Positions 9,898-20,380 are shown, counted from the stretch's first letter. The stretch: 64,000 nucleotides of DNA from an uncultured bacterium (GCA_963713955.1 OY970216.1:296850-360849); one strand, 5' to 3'. Numbers and translations: made by a program. Notes: generated by a model not told the origin, from the letters alone.

Positions 9898-10377
9898 ATG
9901 CAGAAAAATAAAACAAAAGCAGTGGCGTTAGTCGTCGTGTTAGTGGTAATAGTAGTCGCCCTGATCATCACGTTATCGGGGAGCAAAAATACGAATAACC
10001 AAGCGAATCAAAATCAAATGACGAACACAAATTCAAACGACAACCTTCAAGTAACGGATGAAGTCATGGGAACAGGCACGGAGGCGGTTGCGGGAGATCT
10101 CGTGACGGTGAACTACGTGGGAACGCTCGCGAATGGAACAGTCTTCGACGCGTCCGCGAGCCACGGGAATCAAGGTTTCACGTTCCTCTTGGGAGCGGGG
10201 CAAGTGATCAAGGGATGGGATGAAGGCGTTGCCGGCATGAAGGTCGGCGGCAAGCGGAAGCTTGTGATTCCCTCAGACCTGGCCTATGGGTCAAACGGTA
10301 TTCCGGGAGTGATCCCGCCGAACTCGACTTTGATTTTCGAAGTGGGGCTTTTGTCCGTTAAGCAAGCGGGGCAGTAA
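9898..10377 (+). CDS. FKBP-type peptidyl-prolyl cis-trans isomerase, membrane-anchored
   Basis: VTVNYVGTLANGTVFDAS...GAGQVIKGWDEGVAGMKVGGKRKLVIPSDLAYG is a canonical FKBP domain; N-terminal TM helix plus N/Q-rich linker. Confidence 0.8.
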   Translation: MQKNKTKAVALVVVLVVIVVALIITLSGSKNTNNQANQNQMTNTNSNDNLQVTDEVMGTGTEAVAGDLVTVNYVGTLANGTVFDASASHGNQGFTFLLGAGQVIKGWDEGVAGMKVGGKRKLVIPSDLAYGSNGIPGVIPPNSTLIFEVGLLSVKQAGQ

Positions 10378-10386
10378 ACTCATGAA

Positions 10387-11655
10387 ATGAAAAATTCTCT
10401 TTTAGGGAGAATAAAGAATTTAGGCAAAGACGTCGGTCCCGGCGTTATCACCGGCGCCGCCGACGATGATCCGTCTGGGATCTTGACCTACCTCCAGTCG
10501 GGCTTTTTGTACGGCTTCAAGATACTCTGGATGGCCGTTCTCGCCTTGCCCTTCATGATTTCGATTCAGGAAATGGCGGGAAGGATCGGCTATGTGACCG
10601 ACAAAGGGCTCATCAAAGTGATCAAGGACCACTATTCGAAGTGGCTCCTTTATTTCATCGCCGTCATTTCCGTCGTCGTCATAACCATGAACATCGGAGC
10701 GGATCTCCTCGCCGTCGGGACGGTTCTCGGGAATCTCATCCCCTTGCCCGTTCTTTTCTGGATTCCGTTCGTTGCGCTTGCCATCTTGGCTTTCACGATT
10801 TTCCTTTCCTATCCAAAATTCGCTAGAGTCCTCAAATGGCTGACCTTATCTCTTTTCTTCTACGTCGCAACCGTATTCACCGTAAAACTTGACTGGGGCG
10901 CGGTTCTTCAGGCAACTTTCCTGCCGCATATCGTCTTCGACAAAGATTTCATTCTGCTCTTTGCGGCGTTCTTCGGGACCACCATTTCGCCGTATTTGTT
11001 TTTCTGGCAGGCCGACGAGGAAGTCGAGGAGCGAGACGAAGTGAAAAGCGAAAGGAAACTCAAAAGGTTCCTCGTGACCAAAAACGAGCTGAAGCACATG
11101 CGAAAAGATACGGCTCTCGGGATGGTTTTCTCGGAAATCATAACGTGGTTCATCATCGTCGCGGCAGGCGGCCTCGCAGCCGTGAAGGGCCCGGCAGTCA
11201 TAGCGAATTTCAATCAGGCTTCCGCGGTCCTCCGGCCCCTCCTCGGCGAATGGGCTTTCGTCGTTTTCGCTCTGGGGATCGTGGGGACCGGCCTTCTCGC
11301 GATACCGGTGCTTTCGGGAAGCATCGGTTACATGCTCTCCGAAATATTCAACTGGACGGAAGGAATGAACAAAACGTGGAGAGAGGCAAGAAGTTTTTAC
11401 CTCGTCATAACGGCGGCAACTATTTCGGGGGTTGTCATGATGCTTTTAGGAGTTGACCCTATCGCGGCTCTGATTTACACGGCCGTTTTTTACACCGTCA
11501 TCACGCCGCCCATCGTTTACGTGATACTGAAAATCGCAAACAACAAGACGATCATGCGCGACAAGGTAAACGGACCTCTCACGAACGTTTTCGGGTGGCT
11601 GACGTTCGCTTTCGCGGTCATCGTTGTCGGTACCTACCTTTTCTCATTGTTCTGA
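10387..11655 (+). CDS. Nramp-superfamily divalent cation transporter (MntH/NRMT-like)
   Basis: N-terminal GPGVITGAADDDPSGI resembles the Nramp GPGxxxxxxxxDPGN motif; about 11 TM segments. Confidence 0.55.
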   Translation: MKNSLLGRIKNLGKDVGPGVITGAADDDPSGILTYLQSGFLYGFKILWMAVLALPFMISIQEMAGRIGYVTDKGLIKVIKDHYSKWLLYFIAVISVVVITMNIGADLLAVGTVLGNLIPLPVLFWIPFVALAILAFTIFLSYPKFARVLKWLTLSLFFYVATVFTVKLDWGAVLQATFLPHIVFDKDFILLFAAFFGTTISPYLFFWQADEEVEERDEVKSERKLKRFLVTKNELKHMRKDTALGMVFSEIITWFIIVAAGGLAAVKGPAVIANFNQASAVLRPLLGEWAFVVFALGIVGTGLLAIPVLSGSIGYMLSEIFNWTEGMNKTWREARSFYLVITAATISGVVMMLLGVDPIAALIYTAVFYTVITPPIVYVILKIANNKTIMRDKVNGPLTNVFGWLTFAFAVIVVGTYLFSLF

Positions 11656-11740
11656 TGTTCGTTCGCCGAACCATTGCGACAAAAACCCCTTCGTCGTCGG
11701 AGGGGTTTTTGTGTCAGGTAGTTGTTGTGGAAGATACCCT

Positions 11741-12085
11741 TTATAGCTTGCTTCTCGGAAGCCACGCAATGGCGCGGGTGGCGGTTACATCGGCTGCGTT
11801 GCGCCCCAGGAGGCTGTATACTTTGACCGGAAAACCGTCCTTGAGATCGGCGAGTAAGTAAGTATTACTCTTCGCGAGAACTTTTGTGTCGGAAACCGCG
11901 GTTGCGAGGTATGCCTGGTTGTTTCTCGCCGCGGTGAGCATCACGCCATTTGGTGTCGTGTTGAAGGCAGATTCACTTTCACGGGGTGCGGGAACGGTTG
12001 ACCACGCAAACGCGAAAGAAGAACTGAGGAGCATGCCTGCGATCAAGCTGCCGGTTCCGATGATTGCTTTCGTTTTACGATACAT
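11741..12085 (-). CDS. hypothetical small secreted protein
   Basis: Signal-peptide-like N-terminus (AIIGTGSLIAGMLLSSSFAFAW); no family. Confidence 0.35.
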   Translation of the reverse strand: MYRKTKAIIGTGSLIAGMLLSSSFAFAWSTVPAPRESESAFNTTPNGVMLTAARNNQAYLATAVSDTKVLAKSNTYLLADLKDGFPVKVYSLLGRNAADVTATRAIAWLPRSKL

Positions 12086-12200
12086 GGTTGAAGTCTGCTT
12101 ATACCCCCTCCGGCCTTGTTGACGGTGGATTTCACCAGCGTCTTTAGGAAAATACGCCGGTTGCCGGTCGAATGTTACAGAATGCCTGGCAACTCCCCAT

Positions 12201-12258
12201 ACCTAAATGAGAGTGAAAAATATGACGCCAACAAGAAGACGTTGCTCTCATTTAGGTG
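12201..12258 (+). promoter_or_regulatory. 13-bp perfect inverted repeat (acctaaatgagag / ctctcatttaggt) with 32-nt loop in the hisS 5' leader
   Basis: Read directly from the sequence; ends 22 nt upstream of the hisS ATG. Confidence 0.3.
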
Positions 12259-12279
12259 TAGGGGTAAAATTAATACGTT

Positions 12280-13617
12280 ATGGCAAGCAGATTAAAACCG
12301 AAATTGCCTTCCGGATTCAAGGATTACTTGCCGGATGAAGAAATAAGGAGAAGCGAAATGCTCGATGTGATCAAGAGAAACTTTGAGCTGTTCGGGTTTT
12401 TGCCGCTCGATACGCCTGCCGTGGAAGAGGAGAAAACGCTCACGGGAGGCGATCCGGAATTCAAAAAACAGATATTTAGAATCAAACGGGAAAGCGGTGC
12501 CGAAAATCTGGCGCTCCGTTTCGATCTCACGGTTCCTTTGGCTCGCGTGGTGTCTCTCTACGCCGGCAAGATAACTTTCCCCTTCAAGAGGTACCAGGTG
12601 GGAAGCGTGTGGAGAGGGGAAAAGGCGCAGGCCGGCCGATTCAGGGAATTCCTCCAGTTCGACGCCGACATCGTGGGATCAGCGAGCGTTCTCGCGGATG
12701 CCGAAATCATAGCCCTCATGAACCAGGTCATGCTTTCCCTGGGGTTCCAGAATTTCCTCATAAAAATAAGCAACCGGAAAGTGTTAAGCGGACTCCCGGA
12801 ATATGCTGGGTTTTCTCGCGGGAAATTGGATGCCGTTCTGAGAGTCGTCGACAAATTGGATAAAATCGGGGAAGCCGGCGTCTCAAAAGAGCTTACCTCA
12901 AAGAACGGGTGCGGCCTTTCAAAGCAAGAGGCCCGAGCGGTAATGGGTTTCTTCGGCCTGAGGGCAAAGAACAATTTCGAGGTTTTGCGTCTCGCGGGAG
13001 AAAAACTGAGAAGCGGGAGTTCGAAGAAAGGCCTTGCCGAGATGGAAGAACTCGTGGGTCACCTCGAGGCGCTCGGCGTTCCGGCTGAGCGGTGGGCGTT
13101 CGATTTCGCGACGGTCAGGGGTCTTGCGTACTACACAGGTTTTGTTTTTGAAACGATTCTCCTTGATCTGCCCGGGATCGGCAGCGTTTTTTCCGGCGGA
13201 AGGTACGATAACCTGATTTCGAATCTCGGGGGATCAAGCTTACCGGCCGTCGGCGTTTCAGTCGGAGTGGATCGAATGTTTTACGCGATGACGGAGCTCA
13301 GAATTTCCGCCGAAGGGGGAAGAAAAGCGAAAGTCTTGGTTCTGAATTTCGACGAGAAAACATGTCGGGATGCCGAGAAAACCGTTTCCCTTCTCAGGGA
13401 AAACGGAATTCCGTCGGAAATTTACCTCGGGAACGAAAAAGGGCTGAAAGGACAAATCTCATACGCCCTCAAAAACAACTACGCACTCGCCGTCATGGTG
13501 GGCGCGGACGAAGTTTCGAAGGGCATCGTGAGTATTAAAAGTTTCAAGGCCTATAAACAGTTTGGGGTGAAACGGGAGAATTTGGTGTCCGAGGTGAAGA
13601 AACTTTTGGAACAGTAG
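12280..13617 (+). CDS. hisS: histidyl-tRNA synthetase
   Basis: Class II aaRS motif 2 (RFREFLQFDADIVG) and the HisRS-specific GGRYDNL motif; C-terminal anticodon-binding domain present. Confidence 0.85.
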   Translation: MASRLKPKLPSGFKDYLPDEEIRRSEMLDVIKRNFELFGFLPLDTPAVEEEKTLTGGDPEFKKQIFRIKRESGAENLALRFDLTVPLARVVSLYAGKITFPFKRYQVGSVWRGEKAQAGRFREFLQFDADIVGSASVLADAEIIALMNQVMLSLGFQNFLIKISNRKVLSGLPEYAGFSRGKLDAVLRVVDKLDKIGEAGVSKELTSKNGCGLSKQEARAVMGFFGLRAKNNFEVLRLAGEKLRSGSSKKGLAEMEELVGHLEALGVPAERWAFDFATVRGLAYYTGFVFETILLDLPGIGSVFSGGRYDNLISNLGGSSLPAVGVSVGVDRMFYAMTELRISAEGGRKAKVLVLNFDEKTCRDAEKTVSLLRENGIPSEIYLGNEKGLKGQISYALKNNYALAVMVGADEVSKGIVSIKSFKAYKQFGVKRENLVSEVKKLLEQ

Positions 13618-14253
13618 ATGGAAAAGGAAAACGCTCTTGCCGAAATAAAGAAGGAATTGGAGGAGAACGAGAAGTTGCCGCTTTTCGGAACCAATCTGGT
13701 TTTCGGCGAAGGGGATCCTTCTGCGAAAATCATGTTCATCGGCGAGGCGCCGGGATTCTACGAAGACCGGGAACGGAGGCCGTTCGTCGGGAGAGCCGGA
13801 AAACTTTTAGATCGGCTGATCGCGGACATCGGAATGCGGCGCGAGGACGTTTACATCACGAATATCGTAAAACGCCGACCGCCCGAGAACCGCGATCCGC
13901 TGCCGGAGGAACTGGAGGGTTACCGGCCGTACCTTGCGCGGGAAATTGAAGCCGTTAATCCGAAAATCATAGCGACCCTGGGGAGATTTTCGATGAATTA
14001 TTTTTTGCCGGAAGGGAAGATATCGCGGGATCAGGGAAAGGTTTTCTGGTGGGGAGAGCGGATCGTGATGCCACTCTACCATCCGGCGGCGGCACTCCGC
14101 TCGACTTCTGTTCTTGACGATTTGGAGGAGAGTTTCAAAAAGCTTAAAGCCGTCGCCGTAAAATTCGAGGAACTCTTGGAGCAGAAGAGAAAGAAACCAC
14201 CGAGCGAAATTCCGGGAGAGATTAAAAAAGAAGAGCAAAAATCACTCTTTTAG
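13618..14253 (+). CDS. uracil-DNA glycosylase, family 4
   Basis: GEAPG motif (FIGEAPGFYEDRERRPFVGRAGKLL) and the C-terminal HPAAALR-type motif of family 4 UDGs. Confidence 0.85.
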   Translation: MEKENALAEIKKELEENEKLPLFGTNLVFGEGDPSAKIMFIGEAPGFYEDRERRPFVGRAGKLLDRLIADIGMRREDVYITNIVKRRPPENRDPLPEELEGYRPYLAREIEAVNPKIIATLGRFSMNYFLPEGKISRDQGKVFWWGERIVMPLYHPAAALRSTSVLDDLEESFKKLKAVAVKFEELLEQKRKKPPSEIPGEIKKEEQKSLF

Positions 14254-14268
14254 GCCTATAATAGAGGC

Positions 14269-15426
14269 ATGAGACGCGGTATTGCAACATTCACGCTCGA
14301 TGAAGGAAAATGTCCTCCGTGGCTTTTCCGGCGGATGGTTGCGCTTGGAAGGGATATGGTGAAAATCTTGATCGCGGAATACGGGCCAGACGAATTCATA
14401 AGAAGGATGGGCGATCCGGTGTGGTTTCAATCACTCGGAACGGTTCTCGCGTTCGATTGGAACGCGTCGGGCTTGACGACGATCTTGACCGCCGCTTTGA
14501 AGGAGGCGATTCGACATGAGGAAAGGAGCTTAGGTGTTTTCATTTGCGGCGGAAAGGGAAAAACCTCCCGGAATACACCGGACGAAATACTGAATTGGGG
14601 CGATCGCATCGGCATGAGTGACAAGAAAACAAATGCGCTCGTCTACAACTCCAGAATGAGCGCGAAGGTTGATAGCGCCTTGGTTCAAGACGGTTTCCAG
14701 ATTTACCATCACAGTTTCATGTTTTCCTGGAGCGGTGCGTGGACGGTTGTCCAGCAGGGGATGAATACTGAAAATCAAACCGCGCGGAGGTACCACTGGT
14801 CTTCCGACAAGGTGACGGACATGGTCTGCGAGCCGCACTCCGGCATATCGTCGAAGCTCATCGGCAAAAATGTCCTCAATATGGTTTCGAAGGGAAGCTC
14901 CGGGAGTCGGGAAATGTCCGTGGAGCTCGTGGGTGCCGGCTATCCATCGCTCATGAAAGACGTGGCCATTCTGCGGAAGCATTTTTCTCGATTTTCCAAC
15001 ATGGTCTCGCTCCAATCCGGCAAGGAGCAGCTGACGCTCCTCGATCTGGATCGGGGGGAATTCAAATACCACCCGATGGTCCACGAGGATTTCATGATGA
15101 ACAGATACCTCGACAAGGTTCTGCAGAAAGTGACGTACCTGAAACCCGGAAGCTATGAGAAGCTCGCGTCGCTCCGGGGGGTGGGACCGAAGACGGTCCG
15201 CGCGCTCGCGCTCGTCGGCGAGGTGATTTACGGCGCGAAGCCGTCGTACGAAGATCCGGCGCGATACAGCTTCGCCCACGGCGGGAAGGACGGCACGCCC
15301 TACCCCGTCGATCTCAGAACCTACGATCAAACGATAGAAATACTGAAGAAAGCAGTTGCGAAAACCCGTTGGGATCAGGAAGAAAAACGGAAAGCGGTCA
15401 GCAAATTGGAAGGGAATAGGGAATAG
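14269..15426 (+). CDS. DUF763-family protein
   Basis: N-terminal MRRGIATFTLDEGKCPPWLFRRMVALGRDM...EYGPDEFIRRMGDPVWFQSLG matches my memory of the conserved DUF763 N-terminus. Confidence 0.55.
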   Translation: MRRGIATFTLDEGKCPPWLFRRMVALGRDMVKILIAEYGPDEFIRRMGDPVWFQSLGTVLAFDWNASGLTTILTAALKEAIRHEERSLGVFICGGKGKTSRNTPDEILNWGDRIGMSDKKTNALVYNSRMSAKVDSALVQDGFQIYHHSFMFSWSGAWTVVQQGMNTENQTARRYHWSSDKVTDMVCEPHSGISSKLIGKNVLNMVSKGSSGSREMSVELVGAGYPSLMKDVAILRKHFSRFSNMVSLQSGKEQLTLLDLDRGEFKYHPMVHEDFMMNRYLDKVLQKVTYLKPGSYEKLASLRGVGPKTVRALALVGEVIYGAKPSYEDPARYSFAHGGKDGTPYPVDLRTYDQTIEILKKAVAKTRWDQEEKRKAVSKLEGNRE

Positions 15427-15478
15427 GATATAGTACCGAATTTCTAAACCCTAAACCCTACTCCCTATACTCTAGCTT

Positions 15479-17845
15479 TCACTTCTCGAAGTGGGGGGCG
15501 ACAAACCTCTGGTCGACGATCTTCGTGAGTTCGGTCATCTGCATCCAGGCGAAAGACCAAATCCAGACGCCGAGGATGTAGAGAAGGGGAATACCGGTCA
15601 TGAAAATCCCGATCCATGCCATGAGACTTGCCGCGATCTGGGTGATCGAGGTCGCGAAAACGACCTGCGTGCTCGGCAGGAATTTATACCAGCGTTCCTT
15701 CGTATGAGCGACGTAGATCAGCATATGGCCGGAGATCATGAGTTTCAGAAAGAAAACAGTTTGTATCACGTCCCAACTGAAGTGAAAGACGTAAACCATG
15801 AGGAGAAACAATATCAAACTGTTGAGTATCCCCGTTATGCCGTAGAGGGCACCTAAGGTGAACCGTTCGATGACTCTTATCTTGGCCGGGCGGCTGAAAT
15901 TTTTGACTCTGTTGAAAGCCAGAGAGATGATGGGAATATCGTTCATGATGGCGATCAGGATCAACTGGATCGGCGTCAGGGGATAGGTTTTATAAATGAT
16001 CCCGAGAATGACGATTGTGATGATGAGACGAAAACTCTCGGATATCCGGTAAATGGAATAGCTGTAAAGGCGGGAGAAAATTTTCCTGGCTTCTATAAGA
16101 GCATCCTTGATAACGGATATTCCGGGGGAAAGAAGGACTATGTCGGCGGCGCTCTTCAGTGCATCGACTGCGTTTTTGACGGCGATGCCCACATTGGCTT
16201 CCTTGATGGCCGGCAAGTCGTTCACGCCGTCGCCAGTCATTGCCACAATGTATCCGTCCGCTTGTGCCAATTTGGCAAGATTGAATTTGTCTTCCGGCAG
16301 TATCTGGGAAAAAGCTCCGATGCTGTCGAAGTAAGAACGACCGGTCGATTGCCAGTCCACTTCATCGCGGGATAAAACCTTCCCGTCCAAGGAAAGCTCC
16401 GATGCCGTACGTTTGCTTATGGCTGTGTTGTCGCCGGTCAGCATTTTGACGCTGATGCCGTTCTCTCGCAGGAACCCGATCACGCCTGCCGCATCGTCGG
16501 TCAGGGGATCGGCAAGCATGATGATGCCGGCTATGGTCATATTCTTTTCTTCAGTACCATCCTTCCTGACGGCAACGCCGAGAACGCGATACCCTCCGTC
16601 AGCTGCCTTGTCGACATCGGTTTCATACCGAGATTTCAGTGCGGCGTCCATCGTGCATAAATCCTCGATTACCTGCGGAGCGCCGACGGAAACGAGAACT
16701 CTTGAATCGCCGAAGGAGACTGAAGCCGTGGATCGCTTTCTTTCGGAGTCAGCTGGCGTGAGTTCTAAGACGGAAAAATCCCTCGTGAGTCCCAGTGTCG
16801 ATGCCTTGAGATTCACGGCGTTGTCGATGGAACTTTTCGTGTCTTCCGGGGCCGCGGCCATGGCGTAGCGCATCACTTCGTCTGTTGAGAAAATGCCGTA
16901 CGGGATAATCCGCGAGACGGTGATGGTGTTATTGGTAAGCGTCCCCGTTTTGTCCGTGAGGAGCATATTGACATTCGCGAGGTCTTCAAGGGCGGATAAT
17001 CTCCGGACTATCGTTTTCTTCTTCGCGAGCTCCAGCGCTCCCAGGCTGATAATGAGCGTCATTACCGTTGGGAGGCTTATCGGAATGCCCGCGATGATCA
17101 AACTGAGGTCGAGGACGACGATGTCGCTCCATGCAGTGTGTTGCAGAAGGAAGACGACGGTCACGACGGCGACGCCGACGAGGGCGATCACAGTGAGGAA
17201 CTTGGAGATGGTTAAGATGTCCTTTTCGAGGATACTCCGCCGTGTCACGCGCTCTATGAGCGTTATGGTTTTTCCGAAGTTTGTCTTGATGCCTGTCGCG
17301 GTCACTGTCATCGTTGCCGACCCGGTCGCGACGAACGATCCTGAATAAACTTTGTCCTTGGTATTCTTATCCTTCGGCAGCGATTCTCCCGTGAGGACCG
17401 CTTCGTTCACCATTAAGTTCTTCGCTTCGACGAGATCACCGTCGGCCGGTATGAGGTCGCCGACCATGAGGCGCACCGAATCACCGGGGACCAGGGAACG
17501 CGAGGTGATCCACATCCACGTGCCGTCCCGGAGAACTTTCACTTGAATGGCCAAACCTTCCTTCAGTTTCTTTATGGCATTGTCGGCTTTGTTCTCCTGC
17601 CAGAAGCCGATCGCGAAGTTCAGCACCATGAGGAGCAAGATGAAGTAGAAGTCAAACGTCTTGCCACTGAAAAGAGAAAGGAGCGCCGCCGCAAGGAGCA
17701 TGAGCGCGATCGGGGAAATAAGCCACTTCGCGATCTTCACGAAAAAACTTGTTCTCCTTTCCGGTATTTCATTCGGACCGTATTCCTCGAGTCTCTTCTC
17801 GGCTTCTTCCGAAGTCAACCCCCCCAGCGTTAAGTTGTCGTCCAT
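15479..17845 (-). CDS. P-type cation-transporting ATPase (P3A H+/Mg2+-ATPase-like)
   Basis: DKTGTLT phosphorylation motif; TGES; MTGDGVNDLPAIKEANVGIAV hinge motif; 788 aa. Confidence 0.85.
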   Translation of the reverse strand: MDDNLTLGGLTSEEAEKRLEEYGPNEIPERRTSFFVKIAKWLISPIALMLLAAALLSLFSGKTFDFYFILLLMVLNFAIGFWQENKADNAIKKLKEGLAIQVKVLRDGTWMWITSRSLVPGDSVRLMVGDLIPADGDLVEAKNLMVNEAVLTGESLPKDKNTKDKVYSGSFVATGSATMTVTATGIKTNFGKTITLIERVTRRSILEKDILTISKFLTVIALVGVAVVTVVFLLQHTAWSDIVVLDLSLIIAGIPISLPTVMTLIISLGALELAKKKTIVRRLSALEDLANVNMLLTDKTGTLTNNTITVSRIIPYGIFSTDEVMRYAMAAAPEDTKSSIDNAVNLKASTLGLTRDFSVLELTPADSERKRSTASVSFGDSRVLVSVGAPQVIEDLCTMDAALKSRYETDVDKAADGGYRVLGVAVRKDGTEEKNMTIAGIIMLADPLTDDAAGVIGFLRENGISVKMLTGDNTAISKRTASELSLDGKVLSRDEVDWQSTGRSYFDSIGAFSQILPEDKFNLAKLAQADGYIVAMTGDGVNDLPAIKEANVGIAVKNAVDALKSAADIVLLSPGISVIKDALIEARKIFSRLYSYSIYRISESFRLIITIVILGIIYKTYPLTPIQLILIAIMNDIPIISLAFNRVKNFSRPAKIRVIERFTLGALYGITGILNSLILFLLMVYVFHFSWDVIQTVFFLKLMISGHMLIYVAHTKERWYKFLPSTQVVFATSITQIAASLMAWIGIFMTGIPLLYILGVWIWSFAWMQMTELTKIVDQRFVAPHFEK

Positions 17846-17895
17846 ATTTTTATTGTAATACTTTTTCCAGAGGCGAAAATATCGTGTATAGTGGA

Positions 17896-19875
17896 ATGGT
17901 GGAAAGCGGAAAAGAAATAATCAGAAGCTTGAATGAAGAGCAGCGCGAGGCGGTGGCGGCGAAGAACGGCCCGATTCTCGTCATCGCCGGTCCCGGTTCG
18001 GGGAAAACGCGGGTCATCGAATATCGGGTTTTGAATTTGGTCCGAAGCGGCGTCGATCCGCGGCGCATTTTGCTTTTGACCTTTACGAGAAGGGCGGCGC
18101 GGCAGATGCTTGATCGGGCCGCCTTCCACGACGAGCGGTGCAAGCAGGTCGAGGGCGGGACTTTCCATTCCTTCGCGTACAAACTTTTGAGAGCCGAGGG
18201 GGAGAAACTGGGCTTGAGAAAGAATCTCTCCGTTTTGGACGAAAGCGACGCGGAGGAGCTCGTCGGGAAAATCCTCGCGGCTTCCGGATTCCGGGAGGGA
18301 GACAAAAAGGAAGCCTTCCCCAAAAAAGACACGCTGAAAAAAATCTTCAGCTTAGCCGCCAATAAAAACCTTGGGCTTGAAGGCGTGATCGAGAGATACT
18401 TCTCCCACCTCCGCGATTTCCTGGCGGAGATAAAAGAAATCGGCGACGACTATACCCGCGAGAAGAAAGAAAAAGGCTATGTGGACTTTGACGATCTTCT
18501 TCTTTACGCGCGGGATGTTTTGTCCCTGGGCGGCGTGGGAGAGAAAATCGCTTCGCGATACGAATTCATAATGGTTGACGAGTACCAGGACACCAACCCT
18601 CTGCAGGGTGAGATAACGTATCTCTTGGGGAAAAGGACGGGAAACGTCCTCGTGGTCGGGGACGATGCGCAGAGCATCTATGGATTCCGCGGCGCTTCGC
18701 ATAAGAATATCATGGAGTTTCCGGAAATGTTCCCGGGAACGAAGATCGTGAAGCTCGAGGAAAACTACCGGTCGACGCAAACGATCCTTGATTTGTCGAA
18801 CGAGGTTCTCGCGAACATGGCTGAGAAATTCCAGAAAGACTTGGTTTCGGCGAAGGGCAAAACCGGCGAGAGGCCCAAAGTTCTCTATTTCGGAAACTCC
18901 GAGGATGAGACCGAATGGATCGCCGAAAAAGTTTTGTCCCTCGCGAGTTCCGGCACTCCCTTGCGGGAACAAGCGGTCCTTTTCCGCTCCACGTACGTTT
19001 CCATCATGCTCCAGGCGGAACTTTCGAAAATGAAGATTCCCTACAAGGTTTTCGGGGGATTGAAATTTTACGAGATGGCTCATGTCAAGGACTTCATGGC
19101 GTACGCGCGGGTCATCGCGAATTACCGGGACGAGATCAGCTGGTCGAGGATCCTCGGCATGTTGCCGGGCGTCGGCAAAAAAACCGCGGAAGCGCTCTGG
19201 AGCGAGATGGAAAATTCCGGCGATCTGGATCAAGCTCTTTCGGCTCTGGAAAAATTCGGATTAAGGACCAGAAATTCCGTCCCGATGCTGAAGCTAAAAG
19301 AAGCTCTGTCCGAAGTTTCGGCGTCGCGGGCGAGCGTTTACGACGCGCTCGGCCGGATCATGGATTTCTACCTGCCGTTCTTCCGGGAGAAATTCGACGA
19401 TTGGCCGACGCGACTCCAGGATCTGGAGACACTGAAAGATCTGTCGGAGAATTACGACGATCTGGATTCTTTTCTCGCCGATCTTTCGATAGAAATACCG
19501 GAGGATCGCGGCGAAGAGGAAAAAGATTTTCTGACTCTGTCGACCATCCATTCGGCGAAAGGCTTGGAATGGAACACGGTCTATCTTTTGGGAGTCGCCG
19601 ACGGCGTTTTGCCGTCCAAACGATCCATGGATTTCGAGGAAGACATTGAAGAAGAAGGAAGACTGCTCTACGTCGCAATAACCAGGGCGAAAGAGAGACT
19701 GTATTTGTTCTTTCACTTGGAAGAAGGACGGGGAGCATATTTCGGCCAGAGGATTTCCCGATTTCTCGAGCCGCCGAACGTCTTCAACGCGCTCTCCCAC
19801 GAGGATTTATCGGGGTATGGACTCCGGGACGAGGTCAAATATGACGATGAGGATGAGGGAATAGAGTTGGAATAG
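17896..19875 (+). CDS. UvrD/PcrA/Rep-family DNA helicase
   Basis: Walker A VIAGPGSGKTR; helicase motifs; start trimmed to ATG 17896 (MVESGKEII); 660 aa. Confidence 0.85.
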   Translation: MVESGKEIIRSLNEEQREAVAAKNGPILVIAGPGSGKTRVIEYRVLNLVRSGVDPRRILLLTFTRRAARQMLDRAAFHDERCKQVEGGTFHSFAYKLLRAEGEKLGLRKNLSVLDESDAEELVGKILAASGFREGDKKEAFPKKDTLKKIFSLAANKNLGLEGVIERYFSHLRDFLAEIKEIGDDYTREKKEKGYVDFDDLLLYARDVLSLGGVGEKIASRYEFIMVDEYQDTNPLQGEITYLLGKRTGNVLVVGDDAQSIYGFRGASHKNIMEFPEMFPGTKIVKLEENYRSTQTILDLSNEVLANMAEKFQKDLVSAKGKTGERPKVLYFGNSEDETEWIAEKVLSLASSGTPLREQAVLFRSTYVSIMLQAELSKMKIPYKVFGGLKFYEMAHVKDFMAYARVIANYRDEISWSRILGMLPGVGKKTAEALWSEMENSGDLDQALSALEKFGLRTRNSVPMLKLKEALSEVSASRASVYDALGRIMDFYLPFFREKFDDWPTRLQDLETLKDLSENYDDLDSFLADLSIEIPEDRGEEEKDFLTLSTIHSAKGLEWNTVYLLGVADGVLPSKRSMDFEEDIEEEGRLLYVAITRAKERLYLFFHLEEGRGAYFGQRISRFLEPPNVFNALSHEDLSGYGLRDEVKYDDEDEGIELE

Positions 19876-19915
19876 CTCCCTGTTTCTCATTCGTTCAGTA
19901 AAGTTCTCGGTTGCT

Positions 19916-20046
19916 AAAATCCTCCTCGCTCCTCGTCGGAATAAAGCCGCAAAATATCGAACTCAACCTCATCCGCCTCATAATCGGCGGATTCGGGATT
20001 CAAACATCCGATATTTTGCTCATTCCTTCCTCATCGCTCGGGGATC
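19916..20046 (+). repeat. family-1 structured intergenic element, copy 2
   Basis: About 90% identical to 60027-60155; stem gcaaaatatcg(19949-59)/cgatattttgc(20009-19); central hairpin tccgcc-tcataatc-ggcgga; starts 41 nt after the helicase stop. Confidence 0.55.
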
Positions 20047-20137
20047 TTGGAGCAACTTCGAACAAATTCACTTATGAGGAACAGGGAGCTCCATCCTTGC
20101 TTTTTGACAAGAAGCGGGGAGCTGGTAAAATGGAGAC

Positions 20138-20380
20138 ATGGATACGCCAAAAGTTACGATCTATACCACCCCCACCTGCGTGTTTTGCAGGATGGCGAAA
20201 GCGTTTTTCAAGTCGCACAACGTCGCCTATGAGGAGAAAGACGTGGCAACGGATCTTCAGGCGCGTGAGGATATGGTCCGGAAATCCGGCCAGCTCGGCG
20301 TTCCCGTCATCGACGTTGGCGGGGAGATCGTGGTTGGCTTTGACCAAGGGACGCTTTCGAGACTTTTGAAGGTAAAATAA
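20138..20380 (+). CDS. glutaredoxin/NrdH-like small redoxin
   Basis: 80 aa; CVFC active site (VTIYTTPTCVFCRMAK); GVPVI motif. Confidence 0.8.
   Translation: MDTPKVTIYTTPTCVFCRMAKAFFKSHNVAYEEKDVATDLQAREDMVRKSGQLGVPVIDVGGEIVVGFDQGTLSRLLKVK

Noticed and set aside
12086-12279. T-box riboswitch upstream of hisS
   Set aside because: A hairpin is present, but I could not find the conserved T-box sequence, a specifier-loop arrangement or an antiterminator/terminator pair. Reported only as a generic leader hairpin.
14530-15330. 266-aa ORF on the minus strand
   Set aside because: It is fully antisense to the DUF763 gene, which has a coherent start, SD and family-typical N-terminus. It is a typical spurious antisense ORF.
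18352-19233. 293-aa minus-strand ORF and the nested plus-strand ORFs at 18788-19649
   Set aside because: All lie inside the UvrD-like helicase gene, whose frame carries the helicase motifs. Their composition is Arg-rich and antisense-like.
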